DNA from: Chiloscyllium plagiosum
Lineage: Eukaryota
Reading direction: 5' to 3'
Length of the DNA stretch: 64,000 bases
Assembly (NCBI RefSeq): GCF_004010195.1
Contig: NC_057720.1
Span: 7,367,117 to 7,431,116 of the forward strand
This document shows, in pieces, positions 59,373-64,000 of the stretch. The translations under genes and the position numbers were made by a program. The notes under the pieces were generated by a model, which ran no database searches, was not told the origin of the DNA, and was given only the letters and a program-made list of their open reading frames with translations. Within the stretch, counting starts at the first letter, position 1; every line of letters starts with the position of its first letter.

Positions 59373-60299
59373 AAGTATTTAATTGACCAAGAAACTGATA
59401 AGGGAACACCAATGAAGTTATTAAGTGATTCAGTACTTCTTTTGAAGATTTAGAGATTTTGACTAAGGCTGTACGCACGTAGAAACACATTTATATTTAA
59501 ATAATATTTTTGGCAGAAGACCATTTTCAGCTGTGTTAATAAAACCACAGCTAGTATCCATTCTTGAATGTACATCAAGGAATCCTCTTCAATGAAAACA
59601 ATTATGTTTTATTATACTACCTGATTACACTGAACCAACTAGCATTTTATGTTTGCAATTATGCAAATACATTTCAATGGAAACTTGATCTGACAACTAA
59701 CCAGCCATGATAAGCACAACATCCTTACTGGTCTAAAGCAGAAACTTTACCCCAAGTAGACATGAGTTTCTGTTTGTTCCAGAGGAGTGATATCCATTTT
59801 ACTGCTGTAAGAGATTATGGAATCACAAAATCCCGTTGTTTGTTCTCTGTTGCTTGGCCACAGAGTGTCCGTTCCCTAAACGCTTCCAAAGTAAACGTCC
59901 GCTCCACTGCGGCAGATGTGCAACACAATGAGATGTTCGGACAATGCTCTGTAATCCATTTGAATTACTAATTCCCAACCACTTGCTGAAGGGATCTGGA
60001 GTCGGGAGGGAGATTCCATTTCTCTGTTTCCTGCAAATCCCCAGCAGCTGTGGGTCTTTTTTATTATTACACTTTAATGCGAGACAGCCTTTTCTTTTAA
60101 CAATGTATTTTCTTGCTCTCTTTTTCTACTTGCCTTACACCTCAGGTCAGTCTGCATAAACAAGCATCAGCATTTCACATCTCCCCTCCTTAGCTGACAG
60201 CCCCTCACGCGTAGCCTCACAAATTTGTGATTTCATCTCCTTTCTCACTCCTTTCTAACTCCACGATGCTCTGGCCAAATACTAACAAACAAAAAAACC

Positions 60300-60760
60300 C
60301 AGGAAACAGGACAAACTAGCCCTTGGAGCTTGTTCCACTATTCAATACCATCATGGCTGATCATCCAATTCAGTCACCTGTTTCCACTTTCTCCCCCATA
60401 CCCTTCGATCCCTTTAGCCCTAATAAATATATCTAACTGCTTCTTGAAAACATTCAATGTTTTGGCCTACAGGAATTCTACAGGCTCCCCATTCTCTGGG
60501 TGAAGACATTTCGCCCCATCTCAGTCTGAAATGGCCTGTCACACATCCATAGACTGTGACCTGATTCTGGACTCCATGTACATCAGGAACATCCTTCCTG
60601 TCCAGTCCTGTTAGAATTTTATAGGTTTCAATTAGATTCACCTCATTCTTCTGAACTCCAATGAATATAGTTCCAACCGACTCAGTCCTACGTCACTCGT
60701 TAGTCCTGCCACCCCAGGAATCAGTCTGGGTAACCTTAATGAACTCCTTCACCCAGCAAT
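60300..60760 (-). mobile_element. CR1 LINE 3' end (second tail type)
   Basis: Reverse ORF NLIETYKILTGLDR; tcatggctgatcatcc tail. Confidence 0.85.
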
Positions 60761-60995
60761 AGTGACCTTCACACAGACAGCGCAGGATTCGACTGTGCCA
60801 GTACCTTCTGCTCTGCACTGTTCAAGAGAAAACACGTACATGTTGCTATAGGTGTCTGCCATTGCAGGGTGAGTCAATTAGTTTGGTTGGCTGGATGGCT
60901 GGCTTGCGCTGCAGAGTGATACCACCATGAGTTCAATCCCTGCACTAACTGCAGCTACCAGAAAGGTCCTCAACTTTTCTCCTCACCTGTGGCAT

Positions 60996-61512
60996 TAGAT
61001 ATAGGAGCAGAATTAGGCCACTCAGCCCATCAAGTCCACCCGGCCATTTGGTCGTGGCTGATATGTTTCACAAAAACCTTCACCCTGTAACCCCTGATCC
61101 TTACTAATTAAGAACCTACCTATCCTGTTTTAAAAACATTCAATGACTCTGCATCCATAGCCCCCTGCAGCAATGAGTTCCACAAGCTTACCATGCTCTG
61201 GTTGAAGAAATTCCTCCTCATCTCAGTTTTAAAGGGTCATCCCTTCACTCGGAGGCCATGCTCTTGGGTCCTTATCTCTCTTACTAGTGGAATCATTTTC
61301 TCCATGTCCACTCTATCCAGGTCTCTCAGTATTCTGTAAGTTGCAATCAGCTCCCCACTCAAATTCTAAACTCTCCTGAGTACAGACCCAGAGTCCTCAA
61401 CCACTCCTCACATGACAAGCCTTTCATTGCTGGGATCATCCTTGTAAACTTCCTCGGGGTCTCCTCCAAGGGCAGTGCAGCTTTCCTCAGATACGGAGCC
61501 CAAAACTGCTCA
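60996..61512 (-). mobile_element. CR1 LINE 3' end nested in a family D SINE
   Basis: Colinear with 21506-22030. Confidence 0.88.
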
Positions 61513-62494
61513 CCACCAGTTACCGTTCTCAAATAAGAGAGTGGGATGAGGGTGACTTCATACTGAATTTGGAAATCCAGTCACTACAGGAGACAAGGCA
61601 GCCAATTTGCATACGGTAAAGGTCCCAGCAACAACAACATGGTGATAACATCCCATGCAATTTATGCTTTTCCCCACCACTTAATATGTCTCCAGAGCAA
61701 GGTGTTAGGGGAAGGTTGTTCATTGCTATGGATCACCTACAGTGTGACAATAAGCGTGCAATCAAATTTAAACAAAGTTTTGCTTTATGATGAGCTGTCT
61801 TAATTTGTTTAGATGTCAGAATCAATTAGCATTTGACCTTTTGATTGCTGCGTGGATTGTGCATTGGAGCAAATGAACATGGACAGATATATTAAATACT
61901 GTACATGGTCTAATTAAACCGGAGGAATATTTAATATCAAGGCAAGCTCCCGTGCAGAATTCAGAAAACATGCACCAGTATCTATCCAGCTTCTCAGTGT
62001 ACAGTGAGACATGATTCATTGACAAGTTACAGATCTGGAGCGTCGCCAACTTGCACACTGGTGTCCTCAAGACTTCAAATGAACCTCAGCAGGCAATGAG
62101 ACATTTTTCAAAGTGCAAGCAGCCATTGTTAGGAAGGCCATGGGTAACCTGCACACAGCAAGATCCCACAAACATGGTGGTGAGGCCTATTCCATGATGC
62201 TGGTAGAAGGTCACATGCTGGACAGTGACCTCAGGAGACTTTGCAGTGCTTTTCTGGACAGCTATCATGCAAGGTCGCACTTTTACAGGTCAGCCAAGAG
62301 GACAGCACCTCCCAGTTACTAAAACCTGTATGTGCAAGCGAAAGAAATGCAGCAAGACTCTTTGCAGTCTCGAGGGGGTCTGCCTTTCAGGACAGATTTT
62401 TTCCTGTCCTCTCAAGAGGAGGACAGGAAAGAGGAAAGATAGTAAGCTAATAATTGGCCAACAATCTATCCTTGGCCCACAACGAAGAAACTTA

Positions 62495-63025
62495 TTTTTT
62501 TCTTTGTTATTGTTTTATCGATGTGGGCGTGACTGGAAGGCCAGCACTTATTGCCAATTCCTAACTGCCCTTGCACAGATTGGCTTGCTTGGCCATTTCT
62601 GAGGACAGTTAAGAGTCATAGAGAGACAGACAACCACACTGCTGATCCAAAATAGGTAATGATGGCAAATTTCTTTCAGACCCTTTTCGTATTTCTTCAT
62701 TTTTCTGTCTTTATATTTGATGCTTTAGTTTATTTTTCTGTATTTTAAGATGACACTGAAAGTGGTTGACACTATACAACACTTTTCATTGCATTTTGTA
62801 ACAAAATACACGTGACAGCAAATAAATCGAAAGAGCATTTCTGAAGCCATTAAGATTTGGCATCATCCATGGTCATGGTCATCATTCCTGTGACTGGCTT
62901 AATTCCTGACTTGTCATTTTAATTCGAATTTTACCAGCTGCTGCGGAAGGATTTAACAACAGTCTGGGCCTCTGGATTATTCATTCAGTGACGATAGACA
63001 TCCACAACACCAGCACATCCCCTCA
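62495..63025 (-). mobile_element. SINE family B with an inserted LINE 3' tail (about 62680-62830, + strand)
   Basis: cagttaagagtca; insert ends acacttttcattgca...cacgtgacagcaaataaatc. Confidence 0.65.
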
Positions 63026-63224
63026 ACAACTGGTCTCTTTGCTGTGAGTGGGATGTTGCTGTGTTCAAATTGGCACATGATAACACTGACTCTGTACCAC
63101 TCTAAATCCAGTACCGGAGAAAGGCCACGCTGTGATTTGACAGATCCTGTGGAATATGGAACTAGCTACACAGTGAAGGTCTTCCACAAGCCTTCCATCA
63201 GGAGATAGCTGACAAACACTGGGT

Positions 63225-63490
63225 CTTCACAAATTTAAAAAGGGGCACTTTATAAAGACCTTGCGAGAGCAGGAGGTCCCAAAGTGTCTCCCCGTCAATA
63301 AAGCCAGTGAAGAGTAATCCCTCATGTAATATAGGAAAGATAACACAGCAAGCTTCCATTCCTCATGAAGGGATCCGGCCTGAAACTTCGATTTTCCTGC
63401 TCCTCGGATGCTGCCTGACTTGCTGTGCTTTTCCAGCACCACACTCTCAACCTCAAGCTCCCACAAACAGTAATCTGATAACAATCTGTT
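63225..63490 (-). mobile_element. DeuSINE fragment with nested P1 element (about 63357-63452)
   Basis: gtcccaaagtg...gccagtgaagagta; P1 flanked by caagcttcca / caagctccca. Confidence 0.65.
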
Positions 63491-63548
63491 CTTACAATGC
63501 TGCTGGAGGATACATGTTAGTTTTGGGTGGGGATTGGGATGTGGGTAG

Positions 63549-63577
63549 GAGACAGAGAGAAAGAGAGTAAGATAGAT

Positions 63578-63610
<33 letters not shown>

Positions 63611-63648
63611 CAGAGACAGAGTGACAGAGAGAGTGACAGAGAGAGAGA
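63549..63648. repeat. (GA)n/(GACA) microsatellite
   Basis: Direct reading. Confidence 0.95.
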
Positions 63649-63749
63649 AGACTTCACTTCTGCTTTGAAATAGTACCATAAGCTTTAAGAGCAAGTGCTG
63701 AACTTGGACCCAAACCCACAAGCTGCTGACTGGAGCCCAACACCAATTG

Positions 63750-63935
63750 TGTGACTAATGTCCAGAGGAAGTGGTAAATGCAGGTACAGTTACAACATGA
63801 AATTTAAATTTGGACAGGTGCATGAATAGGAATATAAGGGTTCAGAGGTTTCTGGGCCAAACCCCAGCAAATGAGACCAAGTTTGGGACACATGGTTGAC
63901 ATGGAGGGTCTGTTTCCATGCTGTATGACTCTGAA
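63750..63935 (+). mobile_element. HER1 LINE 3' fragment
   Basis: ccagaggaagtggt...gggtctgtttccatgctgtatgactct. Confidence 0.85.
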
Positions 63936-64000
63936 ACTACTTTTACAAGAGAGTGAAATTGATACTGTCATCTTATCTAAGGTAAGGGGCAGGATTAGAA

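Overview
Vertebrate genomic DNA, almost certainly a shark. The repeat complement (HE1 V-SINE, HER1 CR1-clade LINE, SacSINE1-like DeuSINE) points to an elasmobranch, probably a bamboo/epaulette-type shark (inference). I found no convincing protein-coding exon, tRNA/rRNA gene or CRISPR array. The window looks like a large intron or gene desert: more than half is fossil retroelements, interleaved with AT-rich unique blocks, some carrying enhancer-like Pbx-Hox/Meis/Hox/Sox motif clusters. Main observations: (1) about 25 short Penelope-like (PLE) elements of three families, most carrying an intact or decayed minimal hammerhead ribozyme (CUGANGA-A-stem II-GAA-palindrome-NUH), often as inverted pairs with long TSDs; one copy is attached to a GIY-YIG endonuclease remnant. 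(2) Two different insertions share the same left junction nucleotide in two copies of a short solo-LTR family. (3) A unique 101-nt hairpin at 17283-17383 whose only three mismatches are G-U compatible on the + strand. (4) A 205-bp fold-back duplication, a templated 26-nt insertion matching sequence 2 kb away, a SINE-derived 52-bp higher-order tandem array, and deep TE nesting. Most repeat boundaries are by eye (+/- tens of bp); TSD, hairpin and ribozyme coordinates were counted directly.
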